From positions 2,979,535 to 3,043,534 of the forward strand of contig OZ241326.1 of assembly GCA_965199855.1 (NCBI GenBank): DNA of 64,000 nucleotides, written 5' to 3'. A program made the translations under genes and the position numbers. Shown here one piece after another: positions 28,424 to 38,390 of this stretch. Under the pieces are notes generated by a model. The model did no database searches and was not told where the DNA came from. It saw only the letters and a program-made list of their open reading frames with translations. The DNA comes from a bacterium. GTDB lineage: Bacteria > UBA8248. Position 1 is the stretch's first letter. Every line of letters starts with the position of its first letter.

Positions 28424-29407
28424 CTAGCCGCCGATGGCGCTCATGGTGCGCTCCGGCTGGATGAATTCCTCCTGGCCGATGAGGTGGCCGGGCGTCTTGG
28501 TGAGCACGACCCCGGCGAGCCAGTCCCTGATTTCCTCATCCGAGGCGCCGCCGCGCAGCAGCTTCTTCAGGTCGTGCTCGGCGGTCGAGAACAGGCAGGT
28601 GCGCACCATGCCGTCCGCCGTGAGGCGGATGCGGTTGCAGTCCCGGCAGAAGGGCCGGGTGACCGAGGCGATGACGCCCACCTCGCCCGCGCCGTCCCTG
28701 TAGCGGTAGCGCGTCGCCGGGTCCGAGGGGTGGCCGCTCACGAGCTCGAGCTCCCCCTCCGAGGAGAGGCCCTCGAGTATCTCCTCCGCCGTCAGCACCT
28801 TCTCGGTCGCCCAGGCGCGATCCGCGTCGAGCGGCATGTATTCGATGAAGCGGACGACGTGGCCCGTCTCGCGCGCCCACCTGGCGAAGCGGGGCAGCTC
28901 CTCCTCGCTCAGCCCCCTGACCGCCACCGCGTTGATCTTGATGGGCGAGAACCCCGCCGCCGCCGCCGCCTCTATGCCCGCCATCACCTGGCCGAAGGCG
29001 TCGCGGCGCGTCATGAGCAGGAACTTGCCCGCGTCCATCGAGTCCAGGCTGACGTTCACGCGCCTGAGGCCCGCCGCGTATAAATCCCGCGCCGCCTGGG
29101 GGAGGAGGACGCCGTTGGTCGTGAGCGCGAGGTCCATATCGGGCTGGACTTCCAGCATCTGCTCGACCAAGAGGTGGAGATCCTTACGCAGGAGCGGCTC
29201 GCCGCCCGTGAGGTGATAGCCCGAAAACCCGAGCGCCGTGGTGACGCGCACCACGCGAGCGATCTCCTCGTAGCCGAGAATCTCATCGTGCGGCAGCCAC
29301 GTCATGCCCTCCTCCGGCATGCAGTAGAAGCAGCGGAAGTTGCACCTGTCCGTCACCGAGATTCGCAAATCGTCGTGCTCGCGCCCGTAGCGGTCGAACA
29401 GTCCCAT
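28424..29407 (-). CDS. moaA: GTP 3',8-cyclase MoaA
   Basis: LRISVTDRCNFRCFYCM, TGGEPL, FCRDCNRIRLTADG..RTCLF, C-terminal MSAIGG. Confidence 0.95.
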   Translation of the reverse strand: MGLFDRYGREHDDLRISVTDRCNFRCFYCMPEEGMTWLPHDEILGYEEIARVVRVTTALGFSGYHLTGGEPLLRKDLHLLVEQMLEVQPDMDLALTTNGVLLPQAARDLYAAGLRRVNVSLDSMDAGKFLLMTRRDAFGQVMAGIEAAAAAGFSPIKINAVAVRGLSEEELPRFARWARETGHVVRFIEYMPLDADRAWATEKVLTAEEILEGLSSEGELELVSGHPSDPATRYRYRDGAGEVGVIASVTRPFCRDCNRIRLTADGMVRTCLFSTAEHDLKKLLRGGASDEEIRDWLAGVVLTKTPGHLIGQEEFIQPERTMSAIGG

Positions 29408-29409
29408 CC

Positions 29410-31371
29410 CTAGCCTTCCTCCGCGGGTTCGGCCATCTCTTGGCCCATCCATTCCGCATTATACCCGCCCAGCGCCTCCACGGCATCCTGAAAAGCCTTC
29501 TCGCCCAGAATGTCCATCACCTTGCGAACAGGGGGCGCCTCCCAGTGGGCCTTCGGCGCGATGAAGTCGAAGCGCTCCTCCTCCAGGGGGATGAAGTCGA
29601 GGCCCAGCAGGCGGGCGGCGGCGAAGATGCCCAGGCCGCAGTCCGCGCGCCCCGCCGACACCGCCATGGCCACCGCCATGTGCGTGGTCTCCACCCGCTC
29701 GTAGCCCCGTACCTGATCGGGCGAGAGTTCCTCGCGCGCCATCAGATGATCGAGCAGCACCCGCGTGCCCGCCCCGCTCTGGCGGTTGACGATGCTCACG
29801 TCCGCGCGCGCGAGGTCGGCTATCCCCCTGATGTCCTTGGGGTTTCCCCGGGGGAGCAGGATGCCCTGCTCGCGCCGGACGAAATTCACCACCGCGACCT
29901 CGCGCCCCTTGAGATAGCGCCTGACGTAGGGCCAGTTGTAGCCGCCCGTCCGCGGATCCAGCAGGTGGCTGCCCGCCAGGTGCGCCTCGCCGCTTCGCAC
30001 GGCCACGAGGCCCGCCACCGAGCCCACCGCCGAGGCGGAAAGCCGCGCGTCGGGGTGGCGCTTCCTCAATTCGTCCGCCAGCAGGTCGAGCGCGTTGTCG
30101 TGGCTGCCCGCCACGAGCAGATTGCCCCGTATCTCGCTCAGGGGACGCAGAAGCTCGACCTCGACCTCCTCGCCCGCCTCGATTCCCTCGGAGCGGGCGG
30201 GCACGCGCGCCACGCCGTCCGCCTCCACGAGCGAACTGATGACGCTGGCGCCGCGCCGGGCGGGCAGGCAGACCATCCGCCCGCCGACCTCGCCGAGCTT
30301 CACGCGCAGGAACTCCTCCATGCCGAGCCTCGAGGCGCTCTTGCGGCTCATGACGGCGCGGACGCGCTCCTCCTCGCCGGGCGGGGCGCCCGCCATGCGC
30401 GCCATGAGGGGCCGCGCGAACGCCTGGAGCGCCAGCGCCGCCGAGACCGGATAGCCCGGAATCCCCAGCACGGGCTTGCGCGCCCCCGAAGCCGAGCGGC
30501 AAAAGCCCAGGATGGTGGGCTTGCCGGGGAAAATCGCCACCCCGTGGACGAGAACCTCCCCGAGCTTCTCCACGACGGCCGCCGCGTAGTCCTCCCGCCC
30601 GGCCGAGGAGCCCGCGTTCACCAGAACGACGTCCGCGCGCTCGAGCGCCTCCCGAACCGCGCTCTCGATCGCCTCGAAGCTGTCCTTCACAATCGGGACG
30701 GGCGCGGCCTCTCCCCCCCACTCGGCGATGAAGCCCGAGAGGACGCGCGAGTTGAACTCCACCAGCTCGCCCGGCTTCAGGTCGGCGCCGGGCTCCACGA
30801 GCTCGTCCCCCGTGGGGATGACGGCGACGCGCGGACGCCGGCGGACGCCCACCCGCGTCACGCCCGCGGCGAGCAACGCGCCCAGATCGTAGGGCCTCAA
30901 AGCGTGCCCCGCCGTGAGAAGAAGCTGGCCCTCCACGACGTCCTCGCCCGCCACGCGCACGTTCTGCCAGGGCGAGAGGGCGGCCTCGATGCGAATCGCC
31001 CCGGGGCCGGCCTCGTGGACGTGCTCGACCATGACGACGCAGTCCGCCCCCTCGGGCAGGGGGTCGCCCGTGTCGAGGGGATGGGCCTCCTCGCCGACGC
31101 GAAACTCCCTGGGGCTCACGGGCGCGGCGCCCGCCGTTTCCGCCGAGGCGAGGGCGTAGCCGTCCATGGCGGCGGCGTGGAAGTGCGGGCTGGAGATTCG
31201 CGCATAGACCGCGCGCGCCGTCACCCGCCCCAGCGCCTCCGCCGCGGAGATTTCCTCCTCCTCCAGGCGAAACGCGCCCAGACCCTCCAGAAGGCGGGCG
31301 AGCGCCTCCTCGCGCGGGACATTTTCGAGGTAGATTTTCCGGCCCTCTCGGGCCGGCGCCGAATCGCTCAC
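29410..31371 (-). CDS. moeA: MoeA-PBP fusion molybdopterin biosynthesis protein
   Basis: AAMDGYA, TGDEL, GSSAGREDY, PGKP, PGYPVS; C-terminal PBP domain GSHD...REQG...NRQSGAGTR. Confidence 0.88.
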   Translation of the reverse strand: MSDSAPAREGRKIYLENVPREEALARLLEGLGAFRLEEEEISAAEALGRVTARAVYARISSPHFHAAAMDGYALASAETAGAAPVSPREFRVGEEAHPLDTGDPLPEGADCVVMVEHVHEAGPGAIRIEAALSPWQNVRVAGEDVVEGQLLLTAGHALRPYDLGALLAAGVTRVGVRRRPRVAVIPTGDELVEPGADLKPGELVEFNSRVLSGFIAEWGGEAAPVPIVKDSFEAIESAVREALERADVVLVNAGSSAGREDYAAAVVEKLGEVLVHGVAIFPGKPTILGFCRSASGARKPVLGIPGYPVSAALALQAFARPLMARMAGAPPGEEERVRAVMSRKSASRLGMEEFLRVKLGEVGGRMVCLPARRGASVISSLVEADGVARVPARSEGIEAGEEVEVELLRPLSEIRGNLLVAGSHDNALDLLADELRKRHPDARLSASAVGSVAGLVAVRSGEAHLAGSHLLDPRTGGYNWPYVRRYLKGREVAVVNFVRREQGILLPRGNPKDIRGIADLARADVSIVNRQSGAGTRVLLDHLMAREELSPDQVRGYERVETTHMAVAMAVSAGRADCGLGIFAAARLLGLDFIPLEEERFDFIAPKAHWEAPPVRKVMDILGEKAFQDAVEALGGYNAEWMGQEMAEPAEEG

Positions 31372-31486
31372 CCGCTCGCGCCTTATCCGGTGAGAAAAAG
31401 AGCGATTATAGACCCGGCGGCGGCGAATTGTCACGGCGGGCGTGGTAGAGTCGATTGGGGAGGACTTCGGAGCGGGAGCGGCTGTC

Positions 31487-32122
31487 ATGGAGCGCGTTTT
31501 CATTTACCGGGACAACTCGAACGTCTTTCACGAGGCACGGCGTTTGGCCGAGGAGCGCGCCGAAGGGCCGCGCGCCCGATACCGCGTGCGCGTCCATTTC
31601 GAGAACATGCTGCGCCTCGCCCACGCCGACCGCCCGATGGAAAAGGCGATCGCGGCGGGCTCCGTGCCGCCGGAAATGCGCCAGCTGTGGAACCGCCTGG
31701 AAAACAGGGGGGTGGAGGTCCGCCTGTTCGATCGAGGCGGTGCGGGCCGGGGCGAGCGGGAGACGCCCGACCGGGCGCTACAGCTGCAAATGCTGGAAGA
31801 CGCCCTGGACTACAACGGCGACCCCGGCATCGTGGCGATGCTCACCGGAGACGGCGCGGGCTATCTCGAAGGAGCGGGATTCCATCGCACGCTGGAGCGC
31901 ATGCACGATCGCGGCTGGCGGGTGGAAATCCTCTCGTGGGCGGATTCCACGAACCAGCGAATGCGCAAATGGGCGGAGGCGAACGGCGCATTCGTTCCGC
32001 TGGATGACTTCTATGAGGCGGTCACCTTCATGGAGCCGTCCCTGCCGGGACACGAGCTCGCGCAGCCGCGCGACGCGGCCGCCCCGGACCTGGGCCGCAG
32101 GCGCGTCTCTCCCCCGGCGTGA
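31487..32122 (+). CDS. NYN (LabA/DUF88, PIN-like) domain protein
   Basis: FIY.DNSNVF, GSVPP, D..LQLQML, MLTGDG, GWRVEILSW, FVPLDD. Confidence 0.75.
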   Translation: MERVFIYRDNSNVFHEARRLAEERAEGPRARYRVRVHFENMLRLAHADRPMEKAIAAGSVPPEMRQLWNRLENRGVEVRLFDRGGAGRGERETPDRALQLQMLEDALDYNGDPGIVAMLTGDGAGYLEGAGFHRTLERMHDRGWRVEILSWADSTNQRMRKWAEANGAFVPLDDFYEAVTFMEPSLPGHELAQPRDAAAPDLGRRRVSPPA

Positions 32123-32177
32123 GCCTCATCCGGCGCATTATCACCGAACACAACCAGTCTGAAATTCCGTCAGCCGT

Positions 32178-33419
32178 TCAATAGAGCGTCACGCGCACCC
32201 GGGCGCCTTCGGGCAGCCCCTCCGCCTCGAGCGGCACCGTGATGTAGCCGTCCGCCTTCGTCATGGTCGATATCATGGCGGAGCTGCCCATGAGGGGATG
32301 GGCGACGCGCCCGCCCTCGCCTTTTGAGAGCGAGACGCGAATCATGTCCTCGCGTCCGGGCGCGGAGGCCACGTTCCTCGAAAGCGCGGCCGGGACGCCC
32401 TCCGGCGCCGCCTCCGCGCGCGGCGACTCGCCGCTCAGACGCGCGAGGAGAGGGCGCGCGAAGGCGTGAAAGATCATGAGCGCGGAGACCGGATGCCCCG
32501 GAATCCCGATGACGGCCTTCTCCTCCCCCTCCCGCCGAACCCGCCCGATGATGGTCGGCTTGCCGGGCTTGATGGAGACGCCATGCACCAGGACGCCCGG
32601 CTCCCCCAGGGAGTCGATGGCCTCCACCGCGTAGTCCCGAAGCCCCATGGAGCTGCCGCCCGAGATGAGCGCCACGTCCGCGCGGGCGACCGCGCGCTCC
32701 AGGCGCTCCTTGATGACGCCCAGGTCGTCAGGAAGAATCGGCTCCGTCTCGGGCGTCCCCCCCGCCTCGATCACCGCCGCCGCCAGCGAGAAGCGGTTGA
32801 TGTCGCGCACCTGGCCCGCGCGGGGTGTCTCGCGCGGATCGACGAGCTCATCGCCCGTGGGAAGTATCGCCACCCGGGGGCGGCGGCGAACCGCCACCGA
32901 CGAGACGCCGACGCCGGCGAGGGCGCCTACGTCCTGGCTCCTCAGCCGGGCGCCCGCCCCGAGCATGAGCTCGCCCTTCTTCAGATCGTCGCCCGCACCG
33001 AGGACGTTCTCGCCCACGGCGGCGGGGCGCCGCGCCTCCAGGGTTTCCGGCTCGGGCGTCGAGGTGAACTCCTCCATCACCACCGCGTCCGCCCCCTCGG
33101 GCATCATGCCGCCGGTGAGGACGCGCGCCGCCTCGCCCCGGCCGACCCCGAAGCCGGGCGCCGCGCCCATGGGCACGCGGCCCACGATTTCAAGATAGGC
33201 GGGGATGGACTCGCTCGCCCCGAAGGAATCCGCCGCGCGGATCGCGTAGCCGTCCATCGTGGCGCGGGGAAAATCGGGCAGATCGACGGGGGAGCGCACG
33301 TCCTCGGCGAGCACGCGGCCCACCGCGTCGAAAGAGGAGAGCGTCTCCGCCGGAAGGGGGGGGAAGCCCGCAAGCGCCTCTCTCGCCTCCTGCGGGGATA
33401 CGACCTTGAAGAATTCCAT
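32178..33419 (-). CDS. moeA: Molybdopterin molybdotransferase MoeA (gephyrin-like)
   Basis: GRVLAED, MDGYA, TGGMMPEGADAVVM.E, TGDEL, SGGSS, KPGKP, PGHPVS. Confidence 0.9.
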   Translation of the reverse strand: MEFFKVVSPQEAREALAGFPPLPAETLSSFDAVGRVLAEDVRSPVDLPDFPRATMDGYAIRAADSFGASESIPAYLEIVGRVPMGAAPGFGVGRGEAARVLTGGMMPEGADAVVMEEFTSTPEPETLEARRPAAVGENVLGAGDDLKKGELMLGAGARLRSQDVGALAGVGVSSVAVRRRPRVAILPTGDELVDPRETPRAGQVRDINRFSLAAAVIEAGGTPETEPILPDDLGVIKERLERAVARADVALISGGSSMGLRDYAVEAIDSLGEPGVLVHGVSIKPGKPTIIGRVRREGEEKAVIGIPGHPVSALMIFHAFARPLLARLSGESPRAEAAPEGVPAALSRNVASAPGREDMIRVSLSKGEGGRVAHPLMGSSAMISTMTKADGYITVPLEAEGLPEGARVRVTLY

Positions 33420-33585
33420 CCGGCGTCTCCGGGCGCGAAAAAGCCAGCCTCCGCGCGCGGGGCTGGCCGAGAAATCAGGCGGGGATATCAGGCGGCATCC
33501 CCCGGCGTCCCTCCCGAAGGCGAAAGGCGCGGGACTTCCCAACGTCCGCGACTCGTGGCGGACGCCCCGAAGCTCCGGGGGCGCC

Positions 33586-33795
33586 TCAGCCCTTGTCGCC
33601 TTCTCCGGCGGCGGAGGAGGCGGGCGCCTCTTTCTTCTCGGGCAGTTCCGCGTCGTCGCTCATTCCCTTCTTGAAGCTCTTGATGCCGCGGGCGAGGCCC
33701 GAGCCGATCTCGGGCAGGCGCTTCGCGCCGAAGACCAGCACGCATATCGCCAGGATGACGAGCAGCTCGGGAATGCCCATGTTCATCGGGAACAT
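33586..33795 (-). CDS. tatA: Twin-arginine translocase TatA/TatE
   Basis: [40 protein letters not shown]. Confidence 0.92.
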   Translation of the reverse strand: MFPMNMGIPELLVILAICVLVFGAKRLPEIGSGLARGIKSFKKGMSDDAELPEKKEAPASSAAGEGDKG

Positions 33796-33820
33796 CGGAA
33801 AGACTCCTTCGTGTGAATGA

Positions 33821-35002
33821 TCAGGAAGCGGCCTCGGCGAACGCCCTGGAGGCGGCCCCGACGCCCTCCCCGGCGCGTTCAATATACCCCAGTTTCGAGA
33901 AAATCACCTCCAGCGCCGAGAGGAGATAGACCACGTTCGCCTGGGTGGCGCCGTGTCCCATAGTCCCGATGCGCCATATCTTGCCCGCCACGCCGCCCAG
34001 CCCGCCTCCGATTTCGATGTTGAAGTCCTCCAGCAGGCGCCTGCGGACCGCGCCGTCGTCCATCCCCTCCCGCAGGGCGACCGTGTTGAGCGTCGGCGCG
34101 CGCGCGCCCTCCTGCGCGAACATGGAGAGGCCCAGCGCCTCGACGCCCGCCCGGAGCGCCCGGCTGGCGAGGGCGTGCCTCCGGAAGCGCGCCTCCAGCC
34201 CCTCCTCGAAGATGACGCGCAGCGCCTCCCGAATCGCGTAGTTCATCGAGATGGGCCCGGTGTGGTGATAGACGCGCTCGCTGCCCCAGTATTTCTCCAC
34301 CATGCTCACGTCGAAATACCAGCTCGCGACCTTCGACTTCCGCTCGCGCACCTTGCCGAGGGCGCGCTCGCTGAAGGTGATGGGCGCCACCCCGGGCGGG
34401 CAGGCGAGGCACTTCTGCGTGCCGCTGTAGGCGACCTCCACCCCCCATTCGTCCACCTCCACGGGAACGCCGCCGAGCGAGGTGACGCAGTCGAGGAGCA
34501 GAAGCGCGCCATGCGCCCGGCACATCCCGCCGATCTCCTCCATCGGCTGGAGCGCGCCCGTGCTCGTCTCCGCGTGGACGAGGCCGACCATGACGGCGTC
34601 GGGGTGGGCGTCGAGGGCGGCCTTCACGTCCTGGGGGTCGATGGGCCTGCCCCAGGGCGCCTCCACGCGAACGACCTCCGCCCCGTAGCGGGCGGCCACG
34701 TCGCTCATCCGCCCGCCGAACACGCCGTTCACGCAGACGATGGCCTTCTCCCCCGGCTCGATGACGTTGCAGACGGCCGCCTCCATCGCCGCGCTGCCCG
34801 TGCCCGACACGGGGAAGGTCACCTGGTTCTCCGTGTTGAAGAGCGCGCGCAGCATCTTCTGGCAGTCGTCCATCACCTCCAGGAAGTCGGGGTCCAGATG
34901 CCCCACCACGTGGGTGCTCATGGCCTTGAGGACCCTCGGATGGACCGGGCTCGGCCCCGGCCCCAGCAGCAGGCGCAGATGCGGATTCAACTCTCCGGTC
35001 AA
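33821..35002 (-). CDS. Alanine-glyoxylate/serine-pyruvate aminotransferase (class V PLP)
   Basis: [52 protein letters not shown]. Confidence 0.9.
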   Translation of the reverse strand: MTGELNPHLRLLLGPGPSPVHPRVLKAMSTHVVGHLDPDFLEVMDDCQKMLRALFNTENQVTFPVSGTGSAAMEAAVCNVIEPGEKAIVCVNGVFGGRMSDVAARYGAEVVRVEAPWGRPIDPQDVKAALDAHPDAVMVGLVHAETSTGALQPMEEIGGMCRAHGALLLLDCVTSLGGVPVEVDEWGVEVAYSGTQKCLACPPGVAPITFSERALGKVRERKSKVASWYFDVSMVEKYWGSERVYHHTGPISMNYAIREALRVIFEEGLEARFRRHALASRALRAGVEALGLSMFAQEGARAPTLNTVALREGMDDGAVRRRLLEDFNIEIGGGLGGVAGKIWRIGTMGHGATQANVVYLLSALEVIFSKLGYIERAGEGVGAASRAFAEAAS

Positions 35003-35151
35003 GACGTTTTCCTCGCTCGAATCAGGGCTTTATGAGCAGACGAGAGGTATCCGGCCATCCTTGCGGCAGCCTCCCGCTCCGAAGCGCGACGGCGCGATGC
35101 TACCACAGCGCCGCATCACCCGAAAGGGAGAGGGCGCGCGCGGCGCGGGAG

Positions 35152-35655
35152 CTACTCCCCGTCCAGGGCGATGTTCTCGTAGTCGGGGATGGCGCCCATG
35201 CCGTTCTTCGCGGCGAGGGACTTGCGCTCGTATTCCATCACGAGCTCCCCGCGCTGGTTGCGGGCGCGCGTCTTGATGGAGACGATTCCGCGATCCGGCT
35301 TGCTCCTCGACTCGCGCTTGTCGAGAATCTCCGACTCCGCGTAGAGCGTGTCGCCGGCGAAGACGGGGGCGGGCATCCGTATGTAGGTCCACTCGAGGTT
35401 CGCCACCGAGCGGTAGGAGGTGTCGGTGACCGTCATGCCGGCCACGACCGCCAGGGTGAGCGCCGAGTTGACGAGCGGCTTGCCGAACTGGGTCTTCGAG
35501 GCGTAGTGGGCGTCGAAGTGAATCGGGTGGGTGTTGTTCGTCAGCAGGGTGAACCAGGTGTTGTCCGCCTCGAGGATGGTGCGGCCCGGCCTGTGCTTGA
35601 TGACCTCGCCCACCACGAAATCCTCATACCAGCGTCCCATCTGAAAATCCGGCAT
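35152..35655 (-). CDS. MaoC-family dehydratase
   Basis: GRWYEDF.VG, GRT..EADN..FT.LT.N.HPIHFD, PVFAGDTLYAESE. Confidence 0.85.
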   Translation of the reverse strand: MPDFQMGRWYEDFVVGEVIKHRPGRTILEADNTWFTLLTNNTHPIHFDAHYASKTQFGKPLVNSALTLAVVAGMTVTDTSYRSVANLEWTYIRMPAPVFAGDTLYAESEILDKRESRSKPDRGIVSIKTRARNQRGELVMEYERKSLAAKNGMGAIPDYENIALDGE

Positions 35656-35715
35656 CTTTTCTCCTCCTCCTCGCGCGCCGGCGCGCGCGGCCGGCTTCTC
35701 CTCCGCGTCCGCCCC

Positions 35716-36867
35716 TCAGACGGGATATCGCTCGAGAAGCCTCTTGGCGATGATGAGGCGCTGAATCTCGTTCGAGCCCTCGCCCACCACCAGGAGCTTC
35801 GAGTCCCTGAAGTAGCGCTCCACCGGCAGCTCCTGGATGTAGCCCATGCCGCCGTGCACCTGAATGGCCTCGCTCGCGCAGAACTCCGCCGTCTCGGAGG
35901 CGAAGAACTTGGCCATGCCCGCCTCCAGGTCGCACCTCTCGCCCCGCGCCTTGAGGTTCGCCGCGTGGTAGGTCATGAGCTTCGCCGCGTGAATGCGCGT
36001 TCCCATTTCGGCGAGCTTCGCCTGTATCAGCTGGTGGCCGGCCAGCGGCTTGCCGAAGGTCTCGCGCTGCTGGGCGTAGCGCATCGAATCCTCGAAGGCC
36101 GCCCGCGCCAGACCCACGCTGCGCGCCGCCACGTTGACGCGGCCGCCCTCGAGCGCGCTCATGATCATCGGAAAGCCCTCGTTCTCCGCGCCCAGGAGAT
36201 TCTCGAGCGGCGCGCGCGCGTCCTCGAAGACGAGCTCGCTCGTGCGGATGCCCCGGTAGCCCATCTTCTTCAGATGCCGGCTCACCCGGAAGCCGGGCGT
36301 TCCCTTGTGAACGAGGATGCAGGAGATGCCCTTCGCCTTGGGCCTCTCCGGCGCCGTCCGCGCGAACACGCTGAACATCGTGCCGTGCTCGGCGTTCGAG
36401 ATGTACATCTTCGAGCCGTTCATCACCCACTGATCGTCCTCGCGCGCCGCCCGCGTCTTGAGGGCGGCGGCGTCGGAGCCCGAGCCCGGTTCGGTGAGCG
36501 CCATGCCCGAGTGCCACTCGCCGGTCGCCATCTTCGGGAGGTAGGTCTTCTTCTGCTCCTCGGTTCCGTAGTGGAGGATCATCCAGGCGGTCATCATGTG
36601 GGTGCCCAGGATGCCCGCCACGCTCATCCAGCCGACGGAGAGCTCCTCCATGGCGATGGCGTAGCACACCTCGTCCATGCCGCTGCCGCCGTATTCCTCG
36701 GGAATGGTGAAGCCGAAGAAGCCGAGCTCGCGCATCTTCTCCACGACGGGCGTCGGGTATCTGTCGGCGAGCTCGTATTCCATGGCGATGGGCATGATCT
36801 CGCGGTCCACAAAGTCCTTCATCATGCTCCGAACGCTCGTCTGCAGCTCCGTGAACTCGAAGTCCAA
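35716..36867 (-). CDS. Acyl-CoA dehydrogenase
   Basis: ALTEPGSGSD, NGSKMYISN, RETFGKP, AGMAK..ASE, QVHGGMGY, ERYFRD, GEGSNEIQ. Confidence 0.92.
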   Translation of the reverse strand: MDFEFTELQTSVRSMMKDFVDREIMPIAMEYELADRYPTPVVEKMRELGFFGFTIPEEYGGSGMDEVCYAIAMEELSVGWMSVAGILGTHMMTAWMILHYGTEEQKKTYLPKMATGEWHSGMALTEPGSGSDAAALKTRAAREDDQWVMNGSKMYISNAEHGTMFSVFARTAPERPKAKGISCILVHKGTPGFRVSRHLKKMGYRGIRTSELVFEDARAPLENLLGAENEGFPMIMSALEGGRVNVAARSVGLARAAFEDSMRYAQQRETFGKPLAGHQLIQAKLAEMGTRIHAAKLMTYHAANLKARGERCDLEAGMAKFFASETAEFCASEAIQVHGGMGYIQELPVERYFRDSKLLVVGEGSNEIQRLIIAKRLLERYPV

Positions 36868-36915
36868 TGCCTGACACTCCTTCCTGAATTCTATCGAGGG
36901 GAATTTCCGCGCGCC

Positions 36916-38100
36916 TCAGATCACGCCGTCGCGGCGCAGCGCCGCCGTCTCCTCCGGGGAATAGCCGAGCGCCGCCAGCGCCTCCTCCGTATGGGCGCCG
37001 AGCCCGGGCGGATGCGCGAGCCTGGGCGTCATCCCGCTGAACCTCACCGGGAAGCGGCACATTCTCAAGCGCCCGTATTCGCCCTCCACCTCGGGGAAAA
37101 TCCCGCGGTGCGCCGTCTGGGGATGGTCGCACACCTCGCCCAAATCGTTCACCGCCCCGCAGGGGACGCCCGCCTCCACGAAAATCCGCCGCCACTCCTC
37201 GCGCTCCCTCTCCGCGAGAATCGGCAGAATCAGCGAGAGCAGCGCCTCCCTGTTCGCGTATCTCTCCGCGTTCGTGGCGAAGCGCGGGTCGTCCACCCAT
37301 TCGGGGCGCCCGAGCGCGCCGGCGAACAGCCGCCAGGTGTTCTCGTTGCCGCACGCGACGCCGATGAGCTTTCCCCCCTTGGCGGGATAGGCGCCGTAGG
37401 GCGCCAGGAAGTGGTGCCCCACCCCCACGCGGCGCGGCTTTTTGCCGTGAAGGTGGTAGAGAAAGTGAAAGTAGCCCTGCATGCTCACCATGCAGTCGAA
37501 CATCGAGACGTCGAGCTCCTGGCCCCGGCCCGTGCGGTCGCGCTGGCGGAGCGCCATCATCGCGCCCAGGGCGACGAAAAGCCCCGTCACCCCGTCGCAG
37601 ATGGAGTGGGCCATCTTCGCCGGCGACTCGGGCGGCCCCGTCATCTCCATGACGCCCGCCTCCGCCTGGATGAGGCCGTCGAACGCCTTCATGTCGCGGT
37701 AGGGGCCGTCCTGCCCGTAGCCGGAAGCGTGGATGTAGATGATGTCCGGCCTTATCCTCCGCACGTCCTCGTAGGCGAAGCCGAGCCTGCCCACCGCGCC
37801 GGGGCTGAAATTTTCGAGAAAAACGTCCGCGCCCTCGAGCATTTCGCCCAGAATCCTCTTGCCCCGCTCATCCTTGAGGTTCAGCGTCACGCTCTTCTTG
37901 TTGGGGTTCACCCAGAAGTGCACCGCCCCCTCGCCGAAGACCTCGCTGTCCCAGCCGCGGACCATGTCGCCCGTCCCCGGCGTCTCGACCTTGAGCACCT
38001 CCGCGCCGAAATCCGCCAGATGCCGCAGCCCCACGGGCCCGCTGATGGACACCCCCAGCGAGACGACCCGAACCCCCTCGAGCGGAAGCGGCGCGTCCAT
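36916..38100 (-). CDS. CoA transferase family III (CaiB/BaiF)
   Basis: Start MDAPLPLEGVRVV; LADFGAEVLKVE, NPNKKS, ENFSPG, SGYGQDGP, DPRFATN. Confidence 0.9.
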   Translation of the reverse strand: MDAPLPLEGVRVVSLGVSISGPVGLRHLADFGAEVLKVETPGTGDMVRGWDSEVFGEGAVHFWVNPNKKSVTLNLKDERGKRILGEMLEGADVFLENFSPGAVGRLGFAYEDVRRIRPDIIYIHASGYGQDGPYRDMKAFDGLIQAEAGVMEMTGPPESPAKMAHSICDGVTGLFVALGAMMALRQRDRTGRGQELDVSMFDCMVSMQGYFHFLYHLHGKKPRRVGVGHHFLAPYGAYPAKGGKLIGVACGNENTWRLFAGALGRPEWVDDPRFATNAERYANREALLSLILPILAEREREEWRRIFVEAGVPCGAVNDLGEVCDHPQTAHRGIFPEVEGEYGRLRMCRFPVRFSGMTPRLAHPPGLGAHTEEALAALGYSPEETAALRRDGVI

Positions 38101-38390
38101 GACTCCCCCGAAAAAGCGCGAATTCCCACAGGCGGCGGCCCGAACGCCCGGCGCCCCCGCAGCCAAACGGCTTTTCAAAAAATGCGTTCGCGCCTGACGC
38201 GGCCGCCCCGAAGAGGCTTGATGATACGCCATCATTTCCGGGGCTGACAAGGCGAGGGGGGGCTTATTGGGGTGGAGTAAAACTCACCAGACGAGAGCAG
38301 ACAATATGTAATGTGAAACGGTGAATCAAAACTACCACCTTGAGAAATAGCTACCGGGGCACCTACCCCATGTATTCAAAACAGAGTCCG

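Noticed and set aside
33420-33585. Moco riboswitch upstream of moeA
   Set aside because: Hairpins are present but I could not identify the conserved Moco RNA motifs
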